Shown: positions 47,985-56,538 of the stretch, piece after piece | How positions within the stretch are numbered: the first letter of the stretch is position 1 | Layout of the letters: each line of letters starts with the position of its first letter | From: a virus | Lineage: Duplodnaviria; Heunggongvirae; Uroviricota; Caudoviricetes | Length of the DNA: 64,000 nt | IMG/VR virus record: IMGVR_UViG_3300037245_002365 | Reading direction: 5' to 3' (one strand) | Program-made: the position numbers and the translations under genes | Notes under the pieces: model-generated | The model's input: only the letters and a program-made list of their open reading frames with translations | What the model was told of the DNA's origin: nothing | The model's database searches: none

Positions 47985-48292
47985 TTACCAGGGGACACAC
48001 AATGCATCTGAGTATGGATGGTAATTAACATACAAAAGGATGTAGCGCCCCACCTAACACCCGCAACGGGTGTCGAAGACGCCACGTTACCCACAGTGGC
48101 GCAACTATCTCAGCCGGACCGGGTCTAAGGCCCGGATAGCAGAGATAGATTCTCAGGCCGATATTGCCTGAAAGAAAGTAAAGGGTCAGCAACTGGCAAA
48201 CGGATGATATGGTTAACGCTCGACGTTATTAAAGTTTTGGATCGCTAAGACGCCTATCAGCCCGCCGGTTGTTGACCCTCACTACCTCTATT
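47985..48292 (+). ncRNA. Candidate structured non-coding RNA (GC-rich, many hairpins)
   Basis: No ORF. Hairpins ACACCCG-CAA-CGGGTGT, CGCCAC-x10-GTGGCG, CCGGG-TCTAAGG-CCCGG, and AATTACCA...TGGTAATT. GC content clearly above the flanks. Confidence 0.3.
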
Positions 48293-48365
48293 GAGCTGTA
48301 GCATAACTGGCAATGCACCGGTCTGTTAAACCGGGTTATAGGAGTTCGAAGCTCTTCGGCTCAGC
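48293..48365 (+). tRNA. tRNA-Asn (GTT)
   Basis: Acceptor TGAGCTG/CGGCTCA. D-arm GCAT-AACTGGCA-ATGC. Anticodon stem CCGGT/ACCGG with loop CTGTTAA. T-arm AGGAG-TTCGAAG-CTCTT. Confidence 0.7.
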
Positions 48366-48395
48366 AATAATTTTAACTTAAAAAATGGTGAAATA

Positions 48396-48671
48396 ATGGA
48401 AATAAACAGTACGAAAGACGGAAAATTTTATGTCAGGGATACAGAAACCGGCAGACTATTCCTAGTAGAACCACTAGGGTTTGACAAAGTAGGTTGGGGT
48501 GACATTGACCCTGCTACGAAAAAGGTTCAAGGTGATTACGGTCAGAAACATATAGGCTCAGTATCTGAGAAAAATAGTGTTGTAACAGAAGATAACGGAT
48601 TCAAAAATATTATAGACGTTGGTCCCGGCGAAAGCCCATTTGCAGCGATTGAAAAATTGCTAAAGAAATAA
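48396..48671 (+). CDS. Hypothetical protein
   Basis: 91-aa ORF. Confidence 0.55.
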   Translation: MEINSTKDGKFYVRDTETGRLFLVEPLGFDKVGWGDIDPATKKVQGDYGQKHIGSVSEKNSVVTEDNGFKNIIDVGPGESPFAAIEKLLKK

Positions 48672-48722
48672 AATTTGCGTTCACCTTAAATATGGTGTAT
48701 AATATATAGGGAGCGATAATAT

Positions 48723-49217
48723 ATGAAAAATTTAGATTTTACAAAGTTAGAAGTAAACTGTGATATGGACGGTGTACTAACAAACTTCGCTGGTTCATTT
48801 TTGAAGATATCAAATGACATTGAATGCGACGTTTATGAAAACACACAAGGCTCAGAGAAATTTTGGGAACTTATAGACAAAGAAGGGCTCGACTGGTGGG
48901 CTAATATGCCTTGGATGTCGGATGGAAAACTGCTTTGGTACTATATAGAAAATCTGAGACCCCATATTCTCTCTGCACCCGCAAAGAGATTGCCACAGAG
49001 TAGAGAAGGAAAAAAGATTTGGGTAAAACGTGAGTTAGGTAAAGTACCAGTTAGACTGGGAAAAGCCAAAGACAAACAACAATTCGCTCACGCGAATTGC
49101 ATACTTATAGATGATATGCAACGTAACATCAATCAGTGGCGCGATTCCGGAGGAGTTGGGATACTCCATACTTCAGCAGAAGATACCATAAGACAATTAA
49201 AAGCTTTGGGCCTTTAA
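48723..49217 (+). CDS. HAD-superfamily 5'(3')-nucleotidase-like protein
   Basis: HAD motif I, CDMDGVLTNF. Confidence 0.5.
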   Translation: MKNLDFTKLEVNCDMDGVLTNFAGSFLKISNDIECDVYENTQGSEKFWELIDKEGLDWWANMPWMSDGKLLWYYIENLRPHILSAPAKRLPQSREGKKIWVKRELGKVPVRLGKAKDKQQFAHANCILIDDMQRNINQWRDSGGVGILHTSAEDTIRQLKALGL

Positions 49218-49303
49218 GTAGAAGAAATAAGTCCTATGGGAATGACTATAAGCGAAACCGCCCTAAAGAGTTGAACAACGGATTCAAATATTGAAATAAT
49301 ATA

Positions 49304-49332
49304 TTGACTTTCGAGTCATTCTTGTTTATATT
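49304..49332 (+). promoter_or_regulatory. sigma70-like promoter of an HNH gene (TTGACT-17-TATATT), leaderless start
   Basis: Seen directly. The ATG at 49338 lies 6 nt after the -10. Confidence 0.6.
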
Positions 49333-49337
49333 TAAAT

Positions 49338-49832
49338 ATGAAAGTTAAATGTAAACATTGTGAAATAGAATTTGATAAAAAACCTAATCAAATAAAAAAA
49401 GATAAGAATAATTTTTGCTGCAGATCTCATGCTGCAATTTATAATAATAAGATGTACCAGAAGAGGGCACCAACTAAGTGGCGTTGTATGGATTGTGATA
49501 AAAAAGTAAGCCACGGATCAAAACGCTGCCAAGGCTGTAAACGAATAGATGCTCTTAAAATTTATAATTCTCACACTATAGAAGAAAAAGTATATAAAAA
49601 AGGCGATGCTTCTTTAAAATTTGTATATATACGCAAGCATGCGGGAATAGTTCTTGAGTTAGAAAATAGAAAAAAGAAGTGTGAGGCGTGTGAATGGGAT
49701 AAACATGTCCATGTAGCACATATAAAAGCATTAAGCAGTTTTGATCTAACAACAAAAATTGGTGTAGTAAATGCACCAGAAAATTTAAAGTATCTATGTC
49801 CCAATTGTCATTGGGAATTTGATCATAATTAG
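49338..49832 (+). CDS. HNH homing endonuclease (paralog of 46128)
   Basis: First ~50 nt about 90% identical to the 46128 gene (MKVKCKHCEIEFDK). HNH core CPNCHWEFDHN. Confidence 0.7.
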   Translation: MKVKCKHCEIEFDKKPNQIKKDKNNFCCRSHAAIYNNKMYQKRAPTKWRCMDCDKKVSHGSKRCQGCKRIDALKIYNSHTIEEKVYKKGDASLKFVYIRKHAGIVLELENRKKKCEACEWDKHVHVAHIKALSSFDLTTKIGVVNAPENLKYLCPNCHWEFDHN

Positions 49833-49835
49833 TAT

Positions 49836-49910
49836 GCTCGGTTCGTCTAGACAGGACTAGGACACCGGGTTTTCATCCCGGCAACACGGGATCGTAGCCC
49901 GTACCGAGTA
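49836..49910 (+). tRNA. tRNA-Glu (TTC)
   Basis: Acceptor GCTCGGT/ACCGAGT. Anticodon stem CCGGG/CCCGG with loop TTTTCAT. T-arm ACGGG-ATCGTAG-CCCGT. D-loop is long at 11 nt. Confidence 0.6.
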
Positions 49911-49932
49911 CAAATTCCAACCAACAAGTAAT

Positions 49933-50397
49933 ATGAGTAAAAAGGTAACTACCACTACGGTAGAAAAAGAAAGAACATCAGGATATAAATGGTCTTATGA
50001 AGTTTGGGAAAACCTCCCTGAAAATCAGATCGTTACAAAAAAAGACATTGGCAGCAAAATACAAGTTGCCGGACATTTACATCCTGATCCATATAAACTT
50101 AAAAAGATCGTAGAAGCAAACAAGAAAACACCATATAAAGAAAAGAGCATCATTGCCATGGATAACTATGGTACTGAAAGAACTTTCTATTATACTATGT
50201 GCAGACGGCACCCAAAAGTACTGGCTGAAGAGGCTAGACTAGCCAAAAAGAAGATGAAGAAAAGAAAAGTCAGATGCAAATTATGTGATGAACTTTTTCT
50301 TCGTATCAATGCACATTTAAAGAAAACTCATAAAATGACTCCAGAGGAGTATCAAATTGAATGTAAGACAAGAAATAAAAAGCACACAGATAAATAA
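49933..50397 (+). CDS. Basic hypothetical protein
   Basis: 154-aa Lys-rich ORF. Confidence 0.55.
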   Translation: MSKKVTTTTVEKERTSGYKWSYEVWENLPENQIVTKKDIGSKIQVAGHLHPDPYKLKKIVEANKKTPYKEKSIIAMDNYGTERTFYYTMCRRHPKVLAEEARLAKKKMKKRKVRCKLCDELFLRINAHLKKTHKMTPEEYQIECKTRNKKHTDK

Positions 50398-50650
50398 TTC
50401 TGTGCAAGAATTAAGTTCCAAAATAAAGTCCAGATTAATTGAAAAAGGACGTGGAGCTTTTGTGAGTACTCATGAAATTCTAGGTATCATAACTGAAGAA
50501 TATTATGAATTAGTGGATGCAGTGAGATCAGATGTCGTAGATGATGTCCGATCAGAGTTATTAGATATAGCCGTAGGTTGTATTTTTGGCATAGCCTGTA
50601 TCAACGAAAACACCATGAAACAGCAAAACGAAGAGGAAGTGGGTAAGTAA
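50357..50650 (+). CDS. MazG-like NTP pyrophosphohydrolase domain protein
   Basis: ILGIITEEYYELVDAVRSD...DELLDIA has the EExxE...D pattern of MazG. Confidence 0.45.
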   Translation: MNVRQEIKSTQINNSVQELSSKIKSRLIEKGRGAFVSTHEILGIITEEYYELVDAVRSDVVDDVRSELLDIAVGCIFGIACINENTMKQQNEEEVGK

Positions 50651-51133
50651 ATGGCAGATAAGTTTAAATTAAAAGATCCAGTAAAACTGGTAAGCACCAG
50701 AGGTAAACCTATAACAAAGGAAAATACTGGAACTATTACTAGGGTAAGGTCTGTGAGTAGTGGTTACTACACATCAAACCGTGAATATACAGTAACATTC
50801 AATTCAGGTAAAGCAAACACTTATAAAGCGGGACAACTGGATTTATTAATTACTAAAGACAAAGGTGATATAGCAAGTATCAGTAGAAAAGAAGTTACGG
50901 ATGGATTAAATACCGTAATGATAAAAATAAAAGAGAAAACTGATGAAATGAAGATAATTCAAGATCAGATTGCTTTTATGGATTTATCCAATGTTGATGA
51001 ATTAAATCTAAATTTGTACAAATCTTATAAAATAGCACAAATGCTTTCTCAGAAAGAAGAGTGCAGTGAGTTAGAAATGGCATCCGCTATACAAGATCTA
51101 ATGTATAACGAACAAAGCCCATACACTGACTAA
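50651..51133 (+). CDS. Hypothetical protein
   Basis: 160-aa ORF. Confidence 0.55.
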   Translation: MADKFKLKDPVKLVSTRGKPITKENTGTITRVRSVSSGYYTSNREYTVTFNSGKANTYKAGQLDLLITKDKGDIASISRKEVTDGLNTVMIKIKEKTDEMKIIQDQIAFMDLSNVDELNLNLYKSYKIAQMLSQKEECSELEMASAIQDLMYNEQSPYTD

Positions 51134-51171
51134 AAAATTAGTCTCGCTCAGAAAGCTGGGCGAGATAAATA

Positions 51172-51348
51172 CGGCGGGTAGCTCAAATTGGAGAGCAGCC
51201 ACTAAAGGAGCTTACTGAACGGATCGTTAATAACGAGGGCGATCTAAGGGTAGGGGTTACCGAATATACGGACGGATGTCCAAAACTCGTGGTAACTTTA
51301 AGCAGAGATTAGTGAGCACGGATGCTGGTTCGAGTCCAGCCCCGGCGA
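51172..51348 (+). ncRNA. tRNA-like element: 5' acceptor plus D-arm, and 3' T-arm plus acceptor, separated by about 120 nt
   Basis: CGGCGGG-TA-GCTC-AAATTGGA-GAGC at 51172-51197. GCTGG-TTCGAGT-CCAGC-CCCGGCG-A at 51324-51348. Confidence 0.3.
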
Positions 51349-51420
51349 CAAGTTCCCAAAGTACCTCTCCGCGGCTCAGTGTGAGGACTAGCGATGGAAG
51401 TTCGCTCTTTGGGATAATTA

Positions 51421-51541
51421 GGGCCTAATAGCATAACGGATAATGCACTTGATCAGCGTTGAGCCAGAAGTCTGAAATTGTGTACAAAGTTTAGAATAAA
51501 CTTCTGAGGGAAATAGATGGGTTCGACTCCCATTGGGTCCA
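51421..51541 (+). ncRNA. tRNA-like element with an enlarged anticodon region
   Basis: Acceptor GGGCCTA/TGGGTCC. D-arm GCAT-x8-ATGC. T-arm ATGGG-TTCGACT-CCCAT. The internal 7-bp stem CAGAAGT/ACTTCTG encloses a 28-nt loop. Confidence 0.3.
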
Positions 51542-51961
51542 CAAATTACAAGCGGTAGGCTTAGAAGTAGCCATCCTTAATAAGTGAGGTAGCGTACCGA
51601 TGGTGGCCTTGCGCTGCTTGAGGGATGCATTGCGCTTTGCTTCTTGGGTGTAACAACATGCTTGTTAAAATTGGATTAAATAATGTCAGGTAGGGGCCTG
51701 ACGGATACATATAGCACCGGTATGGTGAATAGGAACGCCCGAACGATCAGTAAATATCCGGTATCCCCGGAGGCGTACAAAATGCCTATCAATCGGTTGA
51801 AAGTCTAAGGAAGTGAACTAACGAATAGATCTTCTGGGATGTCGGCGGAAACTGAAAAGTTAGTAGTCAGGTTGTAAATAAAACGTTAATATAAAATACA
51901 ACTGAACGAGTTATATGTCAAAATGTCGTCTTTAGGCATTATTTAATCTGATTAAAATTGA

Positions 51962-52035
51962 CGCGGGGTAGGGCAGTTTGGTAGCCCGCCAGCCTCATAA
52001 GCTGGAGGTCGCCGGTTCAAATCCGGCCCCCGCTA
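51962..52035 (+). tRNA. tRNA-Met (CAT)
   Basis: D-arm GGGC/GCCC. Anticodon stem CCAGC/GCTGG with loop CTCATAA. T-arm GCCGG-TTCAAAT-CCGGC. Acceptor has a C1-U72 mismatch. CCA is encoded. Confidence 0.7.
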
Positions 52036-52061
52036 CCAAGTAGTAAATAGATTCAAACAAT

Positions 52062-52135
52062 AGCGGGGTAGAGCAGTCCAGTAGCTCGTCAGTCTCATAA
52101 ACTGAAGGTCGTGGGAGCGAAGCCCACCCCCGCTA
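52062..52135 (+). tRNA. tRNA with anticodon CAT (Met, or Ile2 by lysidine)
   Basis: Perfect acceptor AGCGGGG/CCCCGCT. Anticodon stem TCAGT/ACTGA with loop CTCATAA. T-arm GTGGG-AGCGAAG-CCCAC has an unusual T-loop. Confidence 0.7.
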
Positions 52136-52157
52136 CTAAATTAATAAAGAGGTAGAT

Positions 52158-52838
52158 ATGACAAAACGTAGAAGCAAAGCATTACGCCTTAAAAAGAAAC
52201 AGAAAGAAGTACTGGATTTTGACCGTCAACTCACAGAGATATACAAAAGGCAAAACAATCCTAGAAGAGTCAAATTAGATAAACCACATAATGTTGGCTG
52301 GCAAAAAATATGGCATATTCGTAAAGATCGTGGATTGCTTGAAGAAGAAATAGACGCTATCCAAAATTACTTGGACACCTGCACCTATTTACACTGGGCA
52401 AGAAAAAAATCAAGATTGACGGCGGAAGTACCAAGGGTTAAAATCTATCTGACTAAAAAAGACTTAAAAGCTTTACCAACAAAAAAGGTTAAATTACTTT
52501 TTGATACAGACTGGATGGCATTCCTTGCAAACAAACGTTATCGAATAAGTGACTATGCTTACAGACAATATTTCTGGACAGAGATAATACATTACCGAGT
52601 TAATGAAGCTGCCGAGTTTGATCCAAGGCTCGAAAGTAGGAAGTACTTTTTGCATAAGAGGCTCTATGGCGAAGGCCAGTGGAGAAAGTTCGCCGGTCGA
52701 GACAATGGCGGCGGTAAAGACCACCACTGTTTAGGCGAAAGCCGTTGTGCAGAGCACTACCATAGAAAGGCTGATAAAAAAATAGCTAGAGTAGAAATTA
52801 ACGAAGCAGTACAAGATATAATCGCACCGATTGAATAG
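52158..52838 (+). CDS. Hypothetical basic protein (226 aa)
   Basis: ORF with a GAGG RBS. Confidence 0.6.
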   Translation: MTKRRSKALRLKKKQKEVLDFDRQLTEIYKRQNNPRRVKLDKPHNVGWQKIWHIRKDRGLLEEEIDAIQNYLDTCTYLHWARKKSRLTAEVPRVKIYLTKKDLKALPTKKVKLLFDTDWMAFLANKRYRISDYAYRQYFWTEIIHYRVNEAAEFDPRLESRKYFLHKRLYGEGQWRKFAGRDNGGGKDHHCLGESRCAEHYHRKADKKIARVEINEAVQDIIAPIE

Positions 52839-52859
52839 GTGATGGCTTGCAGTAATAAT

Positions 52860-53185
52860 GGATCGTACCCCGAGCTAACAAGGTTAGCATGGCCCTGTAC
52901 TACGATGATTATTACACCACTTGTGGGCAAACTAGATAGCAAAACAGGGCCAAAGAATTAAACATGACAGTAGGACATATTCGCAGATAATGCTGAGGCT
53001 CAGGATGTCTATATAATCCCGTCCGCTGGCAGTAGCAATTAAAAATAGGTGACACTCCTTTGGCAAGGGGTGGTGTACTAGTAAACGGTGGAATAACATA
53101 TCTCGCGGGGTCTTATGCCACCCCGAGGCAACGGATTAGGAGTGCCAACTCTATGCCCTGCCTCGGCTTGATGCCACAATTAAAT
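52860..53185 (+). ncRNA. Candidate structured non-coding region
   Basis: No convincing ORF. Hairpins GCTAAC-AAG-GTTAGC, GGCCCTG...CAGGGCC, CTGAGG-CTCAG, GGGGTGG...CCACCCC, CCGAGGCA...TGCCTCGG. Confidence 0.25.
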
Positions 53186-53260
53186 GCCCTCGTAGCTTTA
53201 ATTGGACAGAGCGCCGCGCTACGGACGCGGAGGTTGGGAGTTCGAATCTCTCCGAGGGTG
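53186..53260 (+). tRNA. tRNA-Arg (ACG)
   Basis: Acceptor GCCCTCG/CGAGGGT. Anticodon stem CCGCG/CGCGG with loop CTACGGA. T-arm GGGAG-TTCGAAT-CTCTC. Confidence 0.8.
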
Positions 53261-53274
53261 CAAAAGAATTAAGG

Positions 53275-53397
53275 GGAACGCTGGCAAGGAGTTAATATTA
53301 ATAAACCTCTACATTATCAGAATGTGGCGAGCCGGGCGATCTGATCACTCGCTGTCCGATGGACTATTGGGAGTTCGACTCTCTTCTTCCCCACCAA
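53275..53397 (+). ncRNA. tRNA-like 3' end (GGGAG-TTCGACT-CTCTT-CTTCCCC-A-CCA) with a possible far-upstream acceptor GGGGAAC
   Basis: T-arm and 3' CCA seen directly. 122 nt is too long for a canonical tRNA. Confidence 0.25.
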
Positions 53398-53424
53398 TTA
53401 TTATAGACTTAAAATTATAAGACT

Positions 53425-53452
53425 TGATTTTAAGTCTAAATATGTTTATATT
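53425..53452 (+). promoter_or_regulatory. sigma70-like promoter of an HNH gene (TTGATT-16-TATATT), leaderless start
   Basis: Seen directly. ATG at 53458. Confidence 0.55.
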
Positions 53453-53457
53453 TAGGT

Positions 53458-53973
53458 ATGAATACAAAAATATGTACAAAATGTACCAAAGAAAAGTCTC
53501 TAGAAGACTTCAACTTTAAAAATAAAACAAAAGGTATTAAACAGGCACAGTGTAAAGAATGTCAATCCATATACTTTAAAAAACACTATAGCAAAAACGT
53601 AGAAAAATACTGTAAGCGAGCCAGAACCTCTAATCCAGCAGCAAAAAAAAGAAATAGAGAGTTTATTATATCCTATTTGCTAGAACACTCCTGTGTAGAT
53701 TGTGAAGAAACTGATATTGTTGTATTGGATTTTGATCACGTTATTGGTGAAAAGCGTGAAACGGTTTCTACTATGGCAAGATCGCCTTATAGTATTAAAT
53801 CCATAAAAGAAGAAATAGGTAAATGTGAGATTCGTTGTGCAAATTGTCACCGAAGAAGACATTCCAAAGAAAATGGTTTTTACAAAGAAGGCGTCGTAGC
53901 TCCAAAGGTAGAGCGAAAGTCTGAAAAACTTTGCGTTGGTGGTTCGAATCCGCCCGATGCCACAAACCAATAA
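53458..53973 (+). CDS. HNH homing endonuclease. Its last ~28 codons read through tRNA-Phe.
   Basis: CTKCTKEK...CKECQ...DHVIGEKRET...CANCHRRRH. Confidence 0.7.
   Translation: MNTKICTKCTKEKSLEDFNFKNKTKGIKQAQCKECQSIYFKKHYSKNVEKYCKRARTSNPAAKKRNREFIISYLLEHSCVDCEETDIVVLDFDHVIGEKRETVSTMARSPYSIKSIKEEIGKCEIRCANCHRRRHSKENGFYKEGVVAPKVERKSEKLCVGGSNPPDATNQ
53890..53962 (+). tRNA. tRNA-Phe (GAA), lying inside the 3' end of the HNH ORF
   Basis: Acceptor GGCGTCG/CGATGCC. D-arm GCTC/GAGC. Anticodon stem AAAGT/ACTTT with loop CTGAAAA. T-arm GGTGG-TTCGAAT-CCGCC. Confidence 0.8.
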
Positions 53974-53978
53974 ATAAA

Positions 53979-54586
53979 ATGACAGATGAAATAAAAAGAT
54001 CGAATTATATGTGGTTGGGAGAATTACGGTCCTGGAATAAACCTGGACTAAAGTTAAACCAATTACAAGGCACCCCTATAAGGAAGTCCTTAGAGAGGGT
54101 GTAAGATTAGTAGAATCCTTAGGCATATTCACTTGGCTCTCAGCAGGCACCGCTTTAGGAATTTATAGAGACGGTGGCCCAATAGAAGTAGGAGATTGGG
54201 ATTTAGACATAGGTATTTATGGTCATGACTTTACTGACGATATTGAATTGTTGCTTAATAAGCATGGATTTGATACAGTAAGAGCTGTTGATAAAATTAA
54301 ACCTATGCAGAGATGCTACCAGAAAAACAATGTAATATTAGACATAATGTGCTACCACAAAGATACTGATGGTACATATGTTAATTATGTTGATTGGTCT
54401 GAAGTTCGCAAACCTGCAAAATTACTAGAAAACTTTGATGATATTGATTACGATGGCAAGACCTATAACCTTCCTTTGGCTCCAGATTATTTTGAATGGA
54501 GATATGGAAAAGACTGGGAAACACCCAAAGACGGTTTCAAAGGTATATATGGTGAAGCCATGAGTGTGACAGAAGAAACTAATTAA
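53979..54586 (+). pseudogene. LicD/fukutin-like nucleotidyltransferase-fold gene, split between two reading frames (frameshifted or pseudogene)
   Basis: ATG at 53979 gives a 41-aa frame-0 piece that ends at 54104. The -1 frame is open from 54041 to 54586 with no ATG or GTG before the TTG at 54248. That frame encodes GTALGIYRDGGPIEVGDWDLDIGIY, which is like the LicD GxLLGAVRHGGFIPWDDDID motif. Confidence 0.45.
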
Positions 54587-54601
54587 AAAAGAAACGAGAT
54601 A

Positions 54602-54826
54602 TTGATGTGTGACGCACAAAAAGAACTTATGGAACAAATTCATGGAATACAGCCTTGTGATGTTAATGTGTGTAATAATCCAGTACGAAAATTTTCTCCT
54701 AAAGTTAAAGCTGGAATTGGCAGAAAAGGTAAAAGATGGAGCCGAGTATGTGGAGAATGCTACAAAGAAATAAGTCAGCGACAACTTTATATATCTTTAG
54801 CAAACTTGGTTAAACGCAGATTTTAA
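54602..54826 (+). CDS. Cys-rich small protein
   Basis: MCDAQKE...CDVNVCNN...CGECY. Confidence 0.45.
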   Translation: MMCDAQKELMEQIHGIQPCDVNVCNNPVRKFSPKVKAGIGRKGKRWSRVCGECYKEISQRQLYISLANLVKRRF

Positions 54827-54835
54827 TAGTAAGCC

Positions 54836-54863
54836 CCTGTAGCTGAGTCCGGTTTAGCGCTTT
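54836..54863 (+). pseudogene. 5' fragment of a tRNA (acceptor plus D-arm), a partial duplicate of tRNA-Thr
   Basis: GCCCCTGTAGCTGAGTCCGGTTTAGCGC versus tRNA-Thr GCCCCTGTAACTCAGTCCGGTTAGAGTAGC at 55471. Confidence 0.5.
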
Positions 54864-54877
54864 TAATATAAAAGTAC

Positions 54878-54906
54878 TTGACAAATGAGCTATATATGTC
54901 TATATT
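54878..54906 (+). promoter_or_regulatory. Consensus sigma70 promoter TTGACA-17-TATATT for an HNH gene
   Basis: Seen directly. ATG 5 nt after the -10. Confidence 0.65.
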
Positions 54907-54911
54907 TAAGT

Positions 54912-55469
54912 ATGGATAAAAAAATACTTGAAATATATATAGAGCAGGGTATGTCAACATATCAAATTGCTAAAGAAGAAAATTGCGGACAAACCAACGT
55001 AAGGCATTGGCTGAATAAATATGATCTTTCTACTAAATATGTTAGAAAGAAAACTATTAGACCGATTCATATTTGTAAAAACTGCGACAAAACATTAGAT
55101 CACAATATTAGAAGTCAAAGGGTTTACTGCTCTACAAATTGTCATCAAAAATATATGGCAAAAGAAAGAGATAAGCGTATAGAAACTGCTGGGGGTTTGC
55201 CAGATAATATGGCTATTAGAACTCTTAAAACCTATATGTTAAAAAAACGCGGAGTTGTCTGTCAAATTTGTGAACTAACAGAATGGAATAATAAACCAAT
55301 ACCTCTAGTTTTAGATCATATAAATGGAGATTCAACTAATAGTAGTTTTGAAAATTTACGATTAGTTTGTGGAAATTGTGATATGCAATTACCAACATAT
55401 AAGGGTAAAAATGCAGGAAACGGAAGACATAGTCGAAGACAACGATATAAAGACGGAAAATCTTATTAA
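54912..55469 (+). CDS. HNH homing endonuclease (inserted beside tRNA-Thr)
   Basis: MDKKILE... (ATG follows the conserved TATATTTAAGT). CKNC...CSTNCHQKY...DHINGDSTN...CGNCD. Confidence 0.7.
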   Translation: MDKKILEIYIEQGMSTYQIAKEENCGQTNVRHWLNKYDLSTKYVRKKTIRPIHICKNCDKTLDHNIRSQRVYCSTNCHQKYMAKERDKRIETAGGLPDNMAIRTLKTYMLKKRGVVCQICELTEWNNKPIPLVLDHINGDSTNSSFENLRLVCGNCDMQLPTYKGKNAGNGRHSRRQRYKDGKSY

Positions 55470-55470
55470 T

Positions 55471-55545
55471 GCCCCTGTAACTCAGTCCGGTTAGAGTAGC
55501 TGATTTGTAATCAGCCTGTCGTTGGTTCGAATCCAATCGGGGGCT
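55471..55545 (+). tRNA. tRNA-Thr (TGT)
   Basis: Acceptor GCCCCTG/CGGGGGC. D-arm ACTC/GAGT. Anticodon stem GCTGA/TCAGC with loop TTTGTAA. T-arm GTTGG-TTCGAAT-CCAAT. Confidence 0.8.
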
Positions 55546-55564
55546 CAAATAAAGGAAAAGAAAA

Positions 55565-55834
55565 ATGAGTTATACACCAGCAGAACAACAACAAATACTT
55601 GAAGATGCTAAAAAAGTGGTAGATGTTTTAAAGAAAGCTGTTGATCTATTTAAAGATAACACACCTCTAACTGACGAAGAAAAAGATGCAGTTAATAAAA
55701 AATTGATAGAAGATTGTGTTAGTCCAGAACACAGTCCACCCATGCATAGAGTATATGAAGTTGGAACACACGAGCATGTATGCCCATCTTGCAGACAAGT
55801 AACCAAGTTTTTTGTACCAATGGTAAGATGTTAA
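55565..55834 (+). CDS. Hypothetical protein with a CPSC motif
   Basis: 89-aa ORF with a GGAAAAG RBS. Confidence 0.5.
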   Translation: MSYTPAEQQQILEDAKKVVDVLKKAVDLFKDNTPLTDEEKDAVNKKLIEDCVSPEHSPPMHRVYEVGTHEHVCPSCRQVTKFFVPMVRC

Positions 55835-55851
55835 ATAACCAAAAATAAATA

Positions 55852-56067
55852 ATGAAAAGATGTGATAGGCTCGGATGTGGAAGAACCATTTTCCCTTCGA
55901 GGGGCTGGGGAAGAATAGCCCTAAAGATAACTGATAAACTACTAATTTTAGAGCTATGTAATTCATGCTACAATGAAATAACTCCCGAAGACTTTGGAGT
56001 AGAAGTAATTTTAAAACAAGGTAAAAATGGCGAAGAAGATATCGCAGTTTACGAAAAAAATGTATAA
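55852..56067 (+). CDS. Small Cys-containing protein
   Basis: 71-aa ORF. Confidence 0.4.
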   Translation: MKRCDRLGCGRTIFPSRGWGRIALKITDKLLILELCNSCYNEITPEDFGVEVILKQGKNGEEDIAVYEKNV

Positions 56068-56328
56068 ATATATAATTAAAGTGTGCTTCAGCACAACAAA
56101 TGATCAGCACCCACTTAAGAGTGCGGAAGATGCAATAAAAGAAATCTTGTCGGGCGACAAAATATTAGTAAAGCCAACAGTGAACATAGCAGAACTTGAC
56201 GTAGAAAACCTCATGACATTTAAGGAAGAAAAACTAGTCAAGACTGAAATTAAAAGAATTTTTAACACTATATACCCGGAGACAGAGATCATACATGTGA
56301 AAATTGAAAGAGCACATTAGGAGATACC

Positions 56329-56538
56329 ATGATATTTGACATGCAGGAATGGATGTACGAGTGGGTGGAAGAACACAAAGACAAACAAGATGATGGAACC
56401 ATCAAAGTAAGCATCTTCGGAGAAGACGCTGTAATATTTGATGACGGGGAAGATGCAGATGACTTCCTATGGAATTTAGCACCAGATGAATACCATGAGT
56501 ATATGTCTGGTTATGGAGAGGATTTAAAAGATGAGTGA
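56329..56538 (+). CDS. Acidic small protein
   Basis: 69-aa ORF with a GGAGAT RBS. Confidence 0.45.
   Translation: MIFDMQEWMYEWVEEHKDKQDDGTIKVSIFGEDAVIFDDGEDADDFLWNLAPDEYHEYMSGYGEDLKDE

Noticed and set aside
53060-53420. ORFs 53060..53272 and 53202..53420 on the plus strand
   Set aside because: They run straight through tRNA-Arg and hairpin-rich GC-rich RNA-like sequence. Their translations are Arg/Gly-rich in a way typical of reading structured RNA.
56027-56320. ORF 56027..56320 as a separate gene
   Set aside because: It overlaps 55852..56067 by 40 nt in another frame with no clear RBS. The evidence is too weak to list as a feature.
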